A DNA stretch of 64,000 nt from positions 2,656,001-2,720,000 of the forward strand of contig CATQHZ020000001.1 in assembly GCA_958296135.2 (NCBI GenBank), given 5' to 3'. The first letter of the stretch is position 1. Every line of letters begins with the position of its first letter. Shown piece by piece: positions 21,196 to 31,600 of this stretch. The translations under genes and the position numbers were made by a program. The stretch is from an uncultured Poribacteria bacterium (GTDB lineage Bacteria; Poribacteria; WGA-4E; WGA-3G). The notes under the pieces are model-generated. The model saw only the letters and a list, made by a program, of their open reading frames with translations, did not search any database and was not told the DNA's origin.

Positions 21196-22260
21196 TCAAA
21201 CGTCAAGTTGCACTTCGCGCCCGGTCTCCGCGCTTTTGAGCAAGCCCTCCATCATCTGCTGGACAATCAGCCCATGGCGGAGGGGGGCCTTGCACGGCAC
21301 GTCGTCGAGGATGCATTCAATAAAGTGCGCTGCGATAGCATCCCACGCCTCTTTATATTTCCCCGGCGGCAGATTCACGTTGATATCCTCGGAGATGCCA
21401 GCATCGTCCGTGCGGAAGAGGCGCAGCGGGCTCAGCGTTGCCCCCGCCTCCGTGCCGAACAGCTCTATCTGAAATTCGTCTGGTTGGTGCGATGCCCAGA
21501 AACTCTCCACTTGCAAGCCGAGCCCGTTCTCAAACGTGATAAAACCGCCGGCGTAGTCGTCCGCCGCATATTTCTCGTAGGTGTCTTTCGGTGGCCGGGT
21601 TCGATTCCAGTAGCCGCGCCCGAGCGGGCCAAACTTCGCGCCAGCCGCACCGAGCACCGCGATAGGCTTTGGCAACCCCAAGAGCCACCAGACTGCATCC
21701 AGCACATGCACACCCATATCACGGAAGGCACCGCCGCCTTTCTGGATGAAACCGAGGTTCCAAGCCGGGATGCCGTTGCGGCGGACGCTGCGCGCGCGGG
21801 CATAGTAGAGCTCACCAAAGTAATCATCGCGCGCGAGGGTGCCAAGATACTGGCAGCTGTCGCCGAAGCGCGTGGAGAGGGACATCATGTTGACAACTCC
21901 CGCCGCCTCCGCTTCGGTTACCAACTGTCGCGCCGCTGCCTCCGAATCCGCGAGCGGTTTTGTTACCATGACGTGTTTGCCGTTGCGCACTGCCTCCAAC
22001 GCAATCGGCACGTGCCACTGATTCGGCGTACCCACGAAGACAGCGTCAATGTCGTCTGCCTGGCACATCTTCTTGTAATCGGTATAAAATGTGACTTCGC
22101 CGGGTAAATCGGCGGCGAAGGCTTGCATCCGGTCTTCAACCAGATCGCAGAGGGCAACTACCTGGCCTCGCGGATTCCGTGAAAGCGCGGCACCGTTCGG
22201 CCGGCCGATGCCCATGCCGACAACCGCGATGCGCGCTGTCCCCTTTGTTTTTGATGTCAT
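21196..22260 (-). CDS. Gfo/Idh/MocA oxidoreductase
   Basis: TPNQWH, GKHVMVTKP, DMGVHVLD. Confidence 0.9.
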   Translation of the reverse strand: MTSKTKGTARIAVVGMGIGRPNGAALSRNPRGQVVALCDLVEDRMQAFAADLPGEVTFYTDYKKMCQADDIDAVFVGTPNQWHVPIALEAVRNGKHVMVTKPLADSEAAARQLVTEAEAAGVVNMMSLSTRFGDSCQYLGTLARDDYFGELYYARARSVRRNGIPAWNLGFIQKGGGAFRDMGVHVLDAVWWLLGLPKPIAVLGAAGAKFGPLGRGYWNRTRPPKDTYEKYAADDYAGGFITFENGLGLQVESFWASHQPDEFQIELFGTEAGATLSPLRLFRTDDAGISEDINVNLPPGKYKEAWDAIAAHFIECILDDVPCKAPLRHGLIVQQMMEGLLKSAETGREVQLDV

Positions 22261-22391
22261 AAAAATTCTCCAAATTTAATAGCACCGACGCAGAACAAAC
22301 CCGGTAGGCGCGGTTTTCAACCGCGCGTCTTATCCCACGCGCTTACCAGAGATGCCGGAAAACATTCTTGCGATTCTTGCGATTATCCTGT

Positions 22392-22955
22392 TTAATACGG
22401 CCGGCCTCGCTGATTGAGCGCGGGGCTCACCTCATTTTTAACAGACTTAATCGTGCGGAGATACGCCCAAATTGCCCCGAGGTCTTCGTCCGACATTTCG
22501 GCGTAGTGCTTAGTCGGCATCGGCGGCAGAATCTTCCGATTGGTTTGCTCGCCTTGATGGTGCCCGGTGCGCATCGCACCGATGAACATCGCCTCTGTCC
22601 ACTCGCCGAGCCCTGTTTCGTTATCGGGTGTCAGGTTTGAGGCGAAACTCGTTCCAAAGGGGCCGGAGAAGGCACTCATCGTCGGAGCCGTCAATAAAAA
22701 AATGCCTTGTCGCATCATGCTAAAATCGTAGCGCGGCGCGGGCGCGTTCGCGGGGTGCCCAGCGAGATACATATCCATATTAAAAGCCGCGCCTGCGCGT
22801 GGCGTGTGGCAATGTCCGCACGCACCCACGGTATCAACGAGGTATTTCCCCTTCGCCACTCCATCACTTTGACTCTGGGCACGATTGATGCTCAAAGCAA
22901 TCAGCCCGCCGATAAAAAGTAGCGTTATGCAAAAGATGAGGCTATTTCGATTCAT
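22392..22955 (-). CDS. c-type cytochrome
   Basis: Signal/TM segment; CGHCH; NLTPDNETGLG, PPMP. Confidence 0.85.
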   Translation of the reverse strand: MNRNSLIFCITLLFIGGLIALSINRAQSQSDGVAKGKYLVDTVGACGHCHTPRAGAAFNMDMYLAGHPANAPAPRYDFSMMRQGIFLLTAPTMSAFSGPFGTSFASNLTPDNETGLGEWTEAMFIGAMRTGHHQGEQTNRKILPPMPTKHYAEMSDEDLGAIWAYLRTIKSVKNEVSPALNQRGRPY

Positions 22956-23293
22956 TTCTCTTCCTAGCAGTGTAAATTTAGTCCATTTTAGCATATTGCG
23001 TAAATAGATGCAATAGTTTTGTCGGGAGAAAAAAAGGTTGACCAGATTTATGTTAAACTTTTACAGGAATAACCTATAGGGCATCTTATCACTAGACTTA
23101 TGAAGATTAAGGAAATAACCGGGTTATTTCTGGCACCGGCTACAAGCGGAAACCATAGAAATCCGCCCTTACAGTCGCTGGGCGTGCATGCTCTCCGAAA
23201 AGTATCCGATTTAATACTGAAACTTCAGACGAGCTGCACCTACAGATGCGAGCCATCAATCTAATTTGGTATAATATCATAGAGGTGAAAACT

Positions 23294-23734
23294 ATGTTCA
23301 TGCTGATAGAAAAAAGCGTGCTAACGCTACTCTTGCTCGGGATAGCGTTTTGCATGCAGGGATGCGAGCGAGCTCCCGACATGCTACCGCCTCCCGTAAC
23401 CCAAGACATCTCTTTCACGAACGACATTTTGCCAATCCTCACGGCGCGATGCGCGCTCTCCGGATGCCACGTTGAGAATGGCCCTGAGGACGTAGATCTC
23501 CGCTCCTACGAGACGATGAGCCAAGGCGGCGAACACGGAGCACTCTTCATCCCCGGCAACGCGGAAGAAAGTGAAATTGTCGAGGAAATCGTATCCGGCG
23601 AAATGCCGCTGGGCGGGCCGCCTTTGGAACCCGCACAGATTCAACTCTTCATCAATTGGATTAACGCCGGCGCAGTCGATGATACACCTGCGGTGCAACC
23701 GCCACCCGCTGTTGAGGAAAAAGATGAGGTTTAG
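23294..23734 (+). CDS. Lipoprotein with a planctomycete cytochrome c (PSCyt1-like) domain
   Basis: Lipobox MQGC; ISF..DI.PIL..RCALSGCH...MP...WI..GA. Confidence 0.75.
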   Translation: MFMLIEKSVLTLLLLGIAFCMQGCERAPDMLPPPVTQDISFTNDILPILTARCALSGCHVENGPEDVDLRSYETMSQGGEHGALFIPGNAEESEIVEEIVSGEMPLGGPPLEPAQIQLFINWINAGAVDDTPAVQPPPAVEEKDEV

Positions 23735-23951
23735 CCTCGCCGGGGTGCCTCCTGGTAGGCGTGCTTTGAAAGCGCACCTACCAGAGCCGCCCGCTACAAC
23801 CTTTTTTTAATTCTCATAGGGCGCACACAAACCAATCGGGTAACTTGCTCCGCTTCTTGTTTAGAGAACCCTTTTGAGATGTCTGTCCAGACGCGCTCAT
23901 ACCTCTCCGCGATTTCGCTGTCATCACCGTGAAAGAGACGCTCTTCGCGAA

Positions 23952-25223
23952 TTACCACTGCGCAGGCACCGGTGCCTCCTGTGCCTGCGCAAATAATTTT
24001 GCCCACGCATCAGAACCATCATTGAACGTCAATTCCAAGCGCGCGCCCGCTACCTGCGCCTCGCCGTTGCCAGCGTTGAAATAACTCAACCCATCACCCG
24101 CCATATGGATGCAACTTCCATCGGGATAAACAGCGGTTTTGATAATCTCCGGCACCGGATGAATTGTGTAACCTTCCGCATCCAATCTTTCAGCAGGCAC
24201 GCGGAAGCGTTCAACAGCGTCTTCGTCCACCTCAACGCCTAACCCCGGCACATCGAGGATTTTGTGGCACCCCTCCGAAACCTGAACCGGTCGCGTGAGA
24301 AGGTGCTCACCGTAAAGATTGATACAGGTAATCGCCGGCCAGGTGGCATGCGTCAGCACACTGCCCAAATGCCCAGCCCACGTCGTGGTTAAACCGTTGC
24401 CGACGATTTGGAGCCAGAACGGCATAGCCGCTTCGGCACTGAGATGCCCCTCGCGCATCACCTGCGACTTCCCACCGCCGATGACAAAGCCACTACACAC
24501 ATCATCACGGACACACGTAGTATAAGGCGGCGAACCGAAGTGCATCGCAATCGGCCTGTCAACGGCCCGGCGAATCTGCTTATTTCCCGCCACATCGTTC
24601 TGTGGAATCGGTGTCTCGAACATCGCCACGTTCGGATAGGCTGCCAATTTCTGCAAAATTGGGATAGCAGTGACGGCATCGCGCAGGGAACTGTTCGGAT
24701 CCAGATCCAACTTGAAATCGGCAGGCACGACTGCCGCGACTGCCTCCACCTGCGCAATAATATCCCACCACGGGCGAGGTTTGTTCTTGAAACTAGTGTA
24801 GCCGTGCGTAACGGCATCCGCCGCCTCCGCCGCCCAATTCTCAGGCGAGGCATCAATGCTCCACCACGAAATAGGCACAGCATCGCGACACTGCATGCCG
24901 AGCAGCCGATACACCGGCACCTCTAAAATCTTACCTACCACGTCGAAAAGTGCCATCTGCAAACCGGCACCGAGTGAATCATCGTTCATGAGGGCGGCGG
25001 GGCTCTGTCCAAGCACGCGCGCCACGCTCTCATCGCTCACACGGCGATAGGTGTAGTGGATAACCGTCTCTCCCCAACCCACATGCCCGGTATCTGTCAT
25101 CACCTTGCACAATTCAAGGAGAGACCAGTTGTAAACGGTGGAGACACTCTGCGTGGTAATCTGTTGTTGGCGCGGGGTGAAGGGGACATCTACGAGGATA
25201 CGTTCAACGTTTGTAACTTTCAT
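23952..25223 (-). CDS. Mandelate racemase/muconate lactonizing enzyme (enolase superfamily)
   Basis: GHVGWGE, ALFDVVGK, KNK, DPN, PGLGVEVDE. Confidence 0.85.
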   Translation of the reverse strand: MKVTNVERILVDVPFTPRQQQITTQSVSTVYNWSLLELCKVMTDTGHVGWGETVIHYTYRRVSDESVARVLGQSPAALMNDDSLGAGLQMALFDVVGKILEVPVYRLLGMQCRDAVPISWWSIDASPENWAAEAADAVTHGYTSFKNKPRPWWDIIAQVEAVAAVVPADFKLDLDPNSSLRDAVTAIPILQKLAAYPNVAMFETPIPQNDVAGNKQIRRAVDRPIAMHFGSPPYTTCVRDDVCSGFVIGGGKSQVMREGHLSAEAAMPFWLQIVGNGLTTTWAGHLGSVLTHATWPAITCINLYGEHLLTRPVQVSEGCHKILDVPGLGVEVDEDAVERFRVPAERLDAEGYTIHPVPEIIKTAVYPDGSCIHMAGDGLSYFNAGNGEAQVAGARLELTFNDGSDAWAKLFAQAQEAPVPAQW

Positions 25224-25403
25224 GGTTTTTTGTCCTGACGCAAAGCGTTCGATAAACATTGTTGGTGCAAAAGAGAAACCTACGTCATCCGTCATTGACG
25301 TTGTCAATGACTACATTTTCAGCCGAAGTCCGGTCGTTTTTTCTTTTCGGCAGGAAATGCGCGAGGGACAGGTTTTCCCTCGCGCTACGAGTAGAGGCAC
25401 GTC

Positions 25404-26231
25404 CTAATACCCGGTCTTGACATCACCCCATGTCGTCGTCAACTTGTCCTTGACATGGACATCGAAGCCGCTAGCGGTTGTGACGAGGATGCTATCCACG
25501 CGTCCCATGCCCCAACTTTCGTGCCAGATGCCGACTTCGCCAGCCGACTTGTTCGTCGCCTTGTCCGACTCAAGGATAGGATCCCCGAGGTCTTCGGAAG
25601 AAGCATAGAGGTCCTTGACTTCCTCAAGCTTCATATACCAGACTTTGACGTTGTTGCCCTTTACCTCAACGCGCCCAAAATAGGGGACAGCGTTCGTCTG
25701 GTCCAACCCACCGCCTAACCCGTGGGGAATACCTAGTATCTCCTTGCCGCCATTCTCGCAGCCGCACATGTCCAAGCAGTTGCCAGAAGGACAACATCCA
25801 TCGGCGAGGTCCGCGAAAATGACATGCGGCGTTTCGTTATAGCCGAAAACGACAAGGTACCCTTTATCATCGCCCTTTCTGCGGAATTGCACGCCGAAAC
25901 TATCGTCATCCCCAAACGAGAAGATGACCTGGACGATGCCATCGGTGAAGTCTGTAACGCCGGGCAGCGGCGTATTCCCAGAGATGCCGCAGCCCTCGGC
26001 GGTTTGCGCCATCGCATTTTTCCCGCCAAGCTTACCGCCGTTGAAATCCGCTTCGGCCCAAACGGTGCCCGCGTTCTCCGGTTTATACCGCTTGATGTCG
26101 TTCACAGCGGCACTCGGTTTCGCTTCGTTTGAGCCAGGCTCAAAATCCGCATAGAAGGCGATCTGGGCACCAGCACCAAAAGAAAGAAGTAGCACTAAAA
26201 TCGGAATCGAAAAGATGAGTTGCGTCTTCAT
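25404..26231 (-). CDS. Secreted Cys-rich lectin-like protein with a TTWG tail
   Basis: Signal peptide; DGCCPSGNCLDMCGCENGG; ends KLTTTWGDVK; paralog of the next gene. Confidence 0.7.
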   Translation of the reverse strand: MKTQLIFSIPILVLLLSFGAGAQIAFYADFEPGSNEAKPSAAVNDIKRYKPENAGTVWAEADFNGGKLGGKNAMAQTAEGCGISGNTPLPGVTDFTDGIVQVIFSFGDDDSFGVQFRRKGDDKGYLVVFGYNETPHVIFADLADGCCPSGNCLDMCGCENGGKEILGIPHGLGGGLDQTNAVPYFGRVEVKGNNVKVWYMKLEEVKDLYASSEDLGDPILESDKATNKSAGEVGIWHESWGMGRVDSILVTTASGFDVHVKDKLTTTWGDVKTGY

Positions 26232-26376
26232 GAAATCTCTCCTTTATATGTCAGGAAGGACGGCACGAAAACATGCCGTGTTCAGGTTCAGGCGAATGTG
26301 GAACGATATCCGCCGTTTCTTGCAGTAGATAGGCGCGCTTGGAACGCGCGCCTACCGGGACTGTCGCGGACAGAAC

Positions 26377-27210
26377 CTAATAACTGCTCTTCACATCGCC
26401 CCACGTCGTGGAGAGTTTGGCGCGCGGATCGACTGCCGTAGTAGCGAAGCCATCCGGGCCGGTGACAAGCAAGCTTCCAACGCGCCCGTTGCCCCAACTC
26501 TCATGCCAAATACCGACGCTACCGGGGCCCGCGTGGTCTGCCCCGTCAAACTCCGCAACCGGGTCGCCGAGTTCACCGGAATCCACGAACAGATCTGACA
26601 CATCTGCGAGCGGCATATACCAGACCTGGATGAGCGTGCCGGTCACTTGAATGCGGCTAAAATAGGCGACAGAGTTGTCTTGGGAGAGTCCTTCGCCCAA
26701 GCCGTGGTCCACGCCGACGAGCTCATTGCCGCCGTTTTCGCACGTGCACTGATCGAGACATTGCCCGGAGGGGCAGCATCCGTCTGCGAGGCTGCCGATG
26801 ATAATCTGCGGTGTCTCGATATAGCCGAAAGCGACGAGGTAGCCTTGATCTTCGCCGACGCGGCGGAATTGGAAGCCAACGCCATCGTCATCTTGCCACG
26901 AGAAGACACCCTGGATGATACCGTCGGTGAATGCATCAACGCCCGGTAATGGCGTATTGCCGGAGTTGCCGCAGCCTTCCACGGTCTGGTGGAGCGCGCC
27001 ATCCCCGCCTTCGGGGAAATCTGATGCGGCGGCCCATGCCATGCCAGGGTTTTCCGGCTCGTAACTGCCCGGGTCATTGACGCTGGCATCCGGGACAGCC
27101 TCGGAAGAATCGGCTTCAAAGTCAGCATAAAAGATAATCTGCGCGCTCGCATGGGTGATAAGCATCATCGAAAACAGCGCGATGAGCGTCAGCAGGTAGG
27201 TTCGTTTCAT
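26377..27210 (-). CDS. Secreted Cys-rich lectin-like protein with a TTWG tail (paralog)
   Basis: Signal peptide; DGCCPSGQCLDQCTCENGG; ends KLSTTWGDVK. Confidence 0.7.
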   Translation of the reverse strand: MKRTYLLTLIALFSMMLITHASAQIIFYADFEADSSEAVPDASVNDPGSYEPENPGMAWAAASDFPEGGDGALHQTVEGCGNSGNTPLPGVDAFTDGIIQGVFSWQDDDGVGFQFRRVGEDQGYLVAFGYIETPQIIIGSLADGCCPSGQCLDQCTCENGGNELVGVDHGLGEGLSQDNSVAYFSRIQVTGTLIQVWYMPLADVSDLFVDSGELGDPVAEFDGADHAGPGSVGIWHESWGNGRVGSLLVTGPDGFATTAVDPRAKLSTTWGDVKSSY

Positions 27211-27427
27211 GATTATGTTGCTCCTTTAGGTTAGTAATATAAGTAGTACGCAAGTTGAGGTAACCTGCACCAGAAAAGGGGATTCTGCTAATGTGATTAT
27301 CTAGCGGAATCATTCTTTATTTAATTTAGCAAAACTGCACATTTTTGTCAAACAAAAAAGCCGCTATTGTGTTTTCACAATAGCGGCTCCAAACGTTTTA
27401 ACTCTCCTGTTCCAATAAACTCGGTTC

Positions 27428-27545
27428 CTACAATTGCAACCGAAGCACACCGCGCCCCTCTGTGCCCACATACAGCACATCACCATCGACAACCAGCGAA
27501 GTCACGCCCACCGGCAGGGCAGATGCAGCCTCCTCCCACGTCAGC
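27428..27545 (-). pseudogene. Remnant 3' end of a paralog of the ECF sigma/beta-propeller gene
   Basis: 27434-27545 matches 28648-28759 over 112 bp with 6 mismatches, and is followed by its own TAG stop. Confidence 0.75.
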
Positions 27546-27578
27546 CTTTACCGGAACGAAAACGAAAAGACCGTGGGG

Positions 27579-28367
27579 TTAGTGCACATCAAGTTGATTA
27601 CACTCTCCATCAACCCAACGCAGGAAAATGTCTGTATCCGGAAAATCGTTCAGGATGTGCCCGATTAAAACAGGTTCGCGGAGTGCAAGCCATAACATTC
27701 CCGAATCCCTACCATATTGCTCAAAGTATTCTCGGATACCTGCCTGATCTTCGCTTTCAATTTTTTTGACGAAATCGGCCATAGCCACGCTGAAGAGCTC
27801 AATACCCTCTGGTTCCTGATTTCCAAAGCGGAAGGACATCCATTTGTCGATGTGCTCATCGTCATCAGACACCTGCCCAAATTCGTTCAGAATCCGAAAA
27901 ATGTCCTGAGGGTTCGCGCACAGCCGCGCTAACATGTTGCGCGTATAGATTGTCATGCGATGCATGCCGACTACGTCTATTTCACCGGGGTTCTTAAAAT
28001 GTTCCTCCAAAAACGGCAAGTAACGCGCCGTGGGTGGAGGAACGACTTCTAACAGTTGATCAAAATCCTGAACCGTTTTGTCAAGCGAATTCTCCCGCCG
28101 TAGAAAATCAAGATAGGTTTTTGAGTTGACGATTTTCCGGAGCGTTTGGAATTCGGCATCGAAAACGCCTGGAAACGCGGTCTGCAGCTTTGCAAATGTT
28201 TGCTCGGGCGTTGGCGTAGTCGCAGCATCTGCGGATTCCGCTGTCTCAACCGGCGAGTCCGCTGCCTCAACTGTCAGATCAACTACGTCACTGGGCCGGT
28301 CCAGACACCCCGAATTAAACAAGAGGCAAACGAGCGTCCACACGGTTAACATCTGAAAGAGCTTCAT
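27579..28367 (-). CDS. Hypothetical lipoprotein
   Basis: AAGGA RBS; signal peptide with lipobox NSGC. Confidence 0.65.
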   Translation of the reverse strand: MKLFQMLTVWTLVCLLFNSGCLDRPSDVVDLTVEAADSPVETAESADAATTPTPEQTFAKLQTAFPGVFDAEFQTLRKIVNSKTYLDFLRRENSLDKTVQDFDQLLEVVPPPTARYLPFLEEHFKNPGEIDVVGMHRMTIYTRNMLARLCANPQDIFRILNEFGQVSDDDEHIDKWMSFRFGNQEPEGIELFSVAMADFVKKIESEDQAGIREYFEQYGRDSGMLWLALREPVLIGHILNDFPDTDIFLRWVDGECNQLDVH

Positions 28368-28614
28368 TGGGTTATTCCTTATGACATTACGAAAGGCGGT
28401 TCCTGCCCAGAGTCGTTGGGCAGGAACCGGACACCGGGTTAGCAACCCGCTAATTTTACCGACAACCAGGCGGCTGCACACATGGCACCCGAAAGGTTGC
28501 ATAAAATGCGGTTTTTCTTAAAAATTCAGAACACACTTGACCGGATTGGATCAAAGTCGCAGTATAAACAAGTGCATAGTCCCACCCAATGCGGAAGTCA
28601 CGACTAGGCGAGAA

Positions 28615-31521
28615 CTACCTGTCTATCTCCTTGTAGCGGTTAACCCTTTGCAACCGAAGCACCCCGCGTGCCTCTGTACCCACATACAGCACATCGCCAT
28701 CAACAACCAGCGAAGTCACGCCCACCGGCAGGGCAGATGCAGCCTCCTCCCACGTCAGCGTCTCGCGCTTCAACCGATAGACAGCCGCCGCAGCGGCACC
28801 ATAAACACGAGAGCCGTCCACCGCCAACTCGTGCATAACGATAGGCACTTCCACTGCATCGGTGATGAGATGCCAATTTTCGCTATCGCTTGAGGTGACG
28901 ACCCCCGCGTTTGTCGCGACGAACACCGTCGAACCGGCGAACACAATCTTCTGAATGCTGCCAAACGCCGGAAGGTTCGCGGTGATGTCTCTCCACGTGT
29001 CTCCGCTATCCCGCGATTGGAAGAGGTGTCCATCATCTTTTCCAACATAGACAACGTCACCGGCAGCGGCTAACCGGAAGCCGTCGTAATCGTCAAGAGA
29101 AAGGGCGCGAGCATCTTCCAGGCCCGTGTCATGCCACTCACTCTCGCCAAGCCGCCGTCGGAAGAGTTTCCGCTGTTCGTCTTCAAGGTAGAACGTCTCC
29201 CCACTGACAGCAAATGCACCGGCTCGCGCATTTTTCTGAAATGCCCGTCGGGTCCGCCCCATGAGCTCGTTCACCGCCTTGTCATCAAGGCCCGTCTTGG
29301 AGAAAATTTCCGCATTCTTCCTTAACCACTCACGATACTCTTCTCCAAAGGGTGGAATGCCTTCAACCGGCACCAACACATTGCCATCCGAAACTAACTC
29401 TAACAGGTAGCCTTCGGTTAAGTGATGCCCTTTGACATAAAGCGTGCCGGCCGCCGTTACCATTTTCGGATAGGCTATCTTGCTCTCCGAACGTGAGGGT
29501 AGCCCGGCGATGTCAACTTCCATCCACCGCTCACCACCGTTTTTGGATTGGACAATCCCATCACCGGTTGCGGCGTAGAGGACGTTGTTAACCTGTGCCA
29601 AGTCTGTGACCCGGGTCTGCACCATGCCGTTCATCAATTTATGCCATGTGCGGCCGCCATCGGTTGAACGCCTGACTCCCATTGGCCCCGCTAAGAAGAA
29701 AGTCTTTTCGTCCAACGCTACAGCCGGGAACATCGGGAGGGTAAACGCACCCCGGTGAAAACCGAGGTATGTCCAAGTGTCTCCACTATCGGTAGAACCT
29801 ATCATACCGGCACCGAGTCCCAAGACCGTTTTCCCCACGCCTACTAATTTGACACCTCCGACGGTGAGTGGTGTCATCCTCTGCCGGAGCTCAGGCGTAA
29901 TCTCGTCCCACGAATCTCCGAAATCGGTTGAAACAAAGAGCAGCGACGAAGGCTCGCCGTCCTGTTTGTCAGCACAAAAATAGATGCTGTTTTCAACAAC
30001 CGCGATGGAAGAGATGGTTCGAGTGCCTGCAACCGGCAATTTCTCCCACACCTCCCCATCGAGGCGAAGGCGATAGAGTCCTTGGCTTGTTCCTGCAAAC
30101 ACTGTGTTTTCAACGACAGCGGCTGACAAGATGGCAGTGTCTGTCAACGGATGACGCACTTGCAACGGCTGCGCTAACCCCTCATTAAAGGGAATCCACG
30201 TCTTGCCTTCATCGGTGGAACGGAACATGCCACCCTCTGCTAGCGCGAGATAAAATGCATAGTCGGTGATGAGCAAGGCTATCGCACGCCGGTCTAGCGG
30301 ACGTGGCGCGACAACATCCCACGTTTCACCACCATCGGTTGACGAAAACAATTCTGATTCGCAGGCGATATAGAGCGCGTCGCCTCGCGCTGCCATCGGC
30401 GGACTGAAATTGTCAATAGGCAAATCGCTGTTGACGAAAGTCCAGGTATCTCTATCGGCAGCCAACTTGAAAAGTCCACCCTTGCCGACAGCGTAGAGTT
30501 CATTGCCAGGGGCAACAAAAAGCGTGGTGACAGCACCGCCTGAAGGCCCATTGGTTTGATGCCACTGCGGTGTGGCGTTCGCAATCGGTTCTTCATCCGC
30601 ATCCGCCACTGCCGCGAGCAGCGCATCCGCCTGTGAACCGGCCCCGCCGCTTTTATCGGGCTCAGCAGCACTGCCGAGTTGCGTCCGCACAGCTGGCTTC
30701 GCTTCCAGCGCAAGAGTCACCGGCGCATCCACAAGCTCCACCGTCATCTCCGAGTTTGCCTCAAAACTATAGGGCTGCTGGAAGCGGAGCAGGTGCTGCG
30801 CGCCGAAACCGGCTATCAAAATGAGCAACACCGCCGTTGAAAGCGACACCACCCACGGCATCAACGGTTTACCGCCGCTCGGCACAGGAGGTGTGACGCG
30901 GGCGACTTTGCGCAGGATATCCCCGGTGAACGTCACAGGGAGTTGGAAATCACCCAACGCCTCGCGGAGCGCGTCTGCTTCTTCTCTCAATCGTTTCCGA
31001 GCGCGGTGCAGACGACTCTTGACAGTGTTCGCCGACACGCCGAGGGACTGGCCGACTTCCTCGCAAGACATCTCGCCCAGATAGTGGAGCGTCACGACGG
31101 TGCGTTCACTCTCCGGCAATCGCTGGAGAATCTGCTTGATAGCCTCGCGCCGCCGGGCCGCAGCAGCCGATTGCCGCTCTTCCGTCAAGTGTTCGGAGTA
31201 ATAGTGTGCCTCTATTTCCTCGGGGGCCATCGCCTCCAGGGATTGCATCGGAACGCGCCGCTCGCGATGCCACTCAATGCAGAGCCGATTCGTGATTACG
31301 TAAAGCCACCCCGCAAACTGGTTCGGGTTCTTGAGCGTGGATAACTTGTTATACACCTTCACGAAAGCATCTTGCGTGATTTCCTCGGCGGCCTGAAAAT
31401 CGCCTACTTTCCGCCAAGCGAGCGCGTGGACAGCCTTTTGATGCTTCTTCACCAATTCGGTGAAAGCACTTTCGTCACCGTCCAAAAAGCGTTCAATGAG
31501 TTCAGCATCTTCGTTTTTCAT
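28615..31521 (-). CDS. ECF sigma factor fused to a TM helix and an extracellular BNR/Asp-box beta-propeller
   Basis: Sigma regions 2 and 4 (AEEITQDAF, FAGWLY, TVKSRLHRARKRL); TM segment; repeated S.D.G.TW boxes; GGAGG RBS. Confidence 0.9.
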   Translation of the reverse strand: MKNEDAELIERFLDGDESAFTELVKKHQKAVHALAWRKVGDFQAAEEITQDAFVKVYNKLSTLKNPNQFAGWLYVITNRLCIEWHRERRVPMQSLEAMAPEEIEAHYYSEHLTEERQSAAAARRREAIKQILQRLPESERTVVTLHYLGEMSCEEVGQSLGVSANTVKSRLHRARKRLREEADALREALGDFQLPVTFTGDILRKVARVTPPVPSGGKPLMPWVVSLSTAVLLILIAGFGAQHLLRFQQPYSFEANSEMTVELVDAPVTLALEAKPAVRTQLGSAAEPDKSGGAGSQADALLAAVADADEEPIANATPQWHQTNGPSGGAVTTLFVAPGNELYAVGKGGLFKLAADRDTWTFVNSDLPIDNFSPPMAARGDALYIACESELFSSTDGGETWDVVAPRPLDRRAIALLITDYAFYLALAEGGMFRSTDEGKTWIPFNEGLAQPLQVRHPLTDTAILSAAVVENTVFAGTSQGLYRLRLDGEVWEKLPVAGTRTISSIAVVENSIYFCADKQDGEPSSLLFVSTDFGDSWDEITPELRQRMTPLTVGGVKLVGVGKTVLGLGAGMIGSTDSGDTWTYLGFHRGAFTLPMFPAVALDEKTFFLAGPMGVRRSTDGGRTWHKLMNGMVQTRVTDLAQVNNVLYAATGDGIVQSKNGGERWMEVDIAGLPSRSESKIAYPKMVTAAGTLYVKGHHLTEGYLLELVSDGNVLVPVEGIPPFGEEYREWLRKNAEIFSKTGLDDKAVNELMGRTRRAFQKNARAGAFAVSGETFYLEDEQRKLFRRRLGESEWHDTGLEDARALSLDDYDGFRLAAAGDVVYVGKDDGHLFQSRDSGDTWRDITANLPAFGSIQKIVFAGSTVFVATNAGVVTSSDSENWHLITDAVEVPIVMHELAVDGSRVYGAAAAAVYRLKRETLTWEEAASALPVGVTSLVVDGDVLYVGTEARGVLRLQRVNRYKEIDR

Positions 31522-31559
31522 GCGATTCCTCCAAAAAAGTTTACCTTCATTATATAAAG

Positions 31560-31600
31560 ACGCGAATTCGAGAGGAAAAGGTTGCATAAAATGCAATTTT
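31560..31600 (-). promoter_or_regulatory. Putative ECF-type (autoregulatory) promoter
   Basis: Minus strand TGCAACC, about 17 bp, then CGTCT, upstream of the ECF gene. Confidence 0.45.

Noticed and set aside
27434-28759. DGR template/variable repeat pair
   Set aside because: The mismatches are not confined to adenines of one copy, are mostly synonymous, and no reverse transcriptase is in the window.
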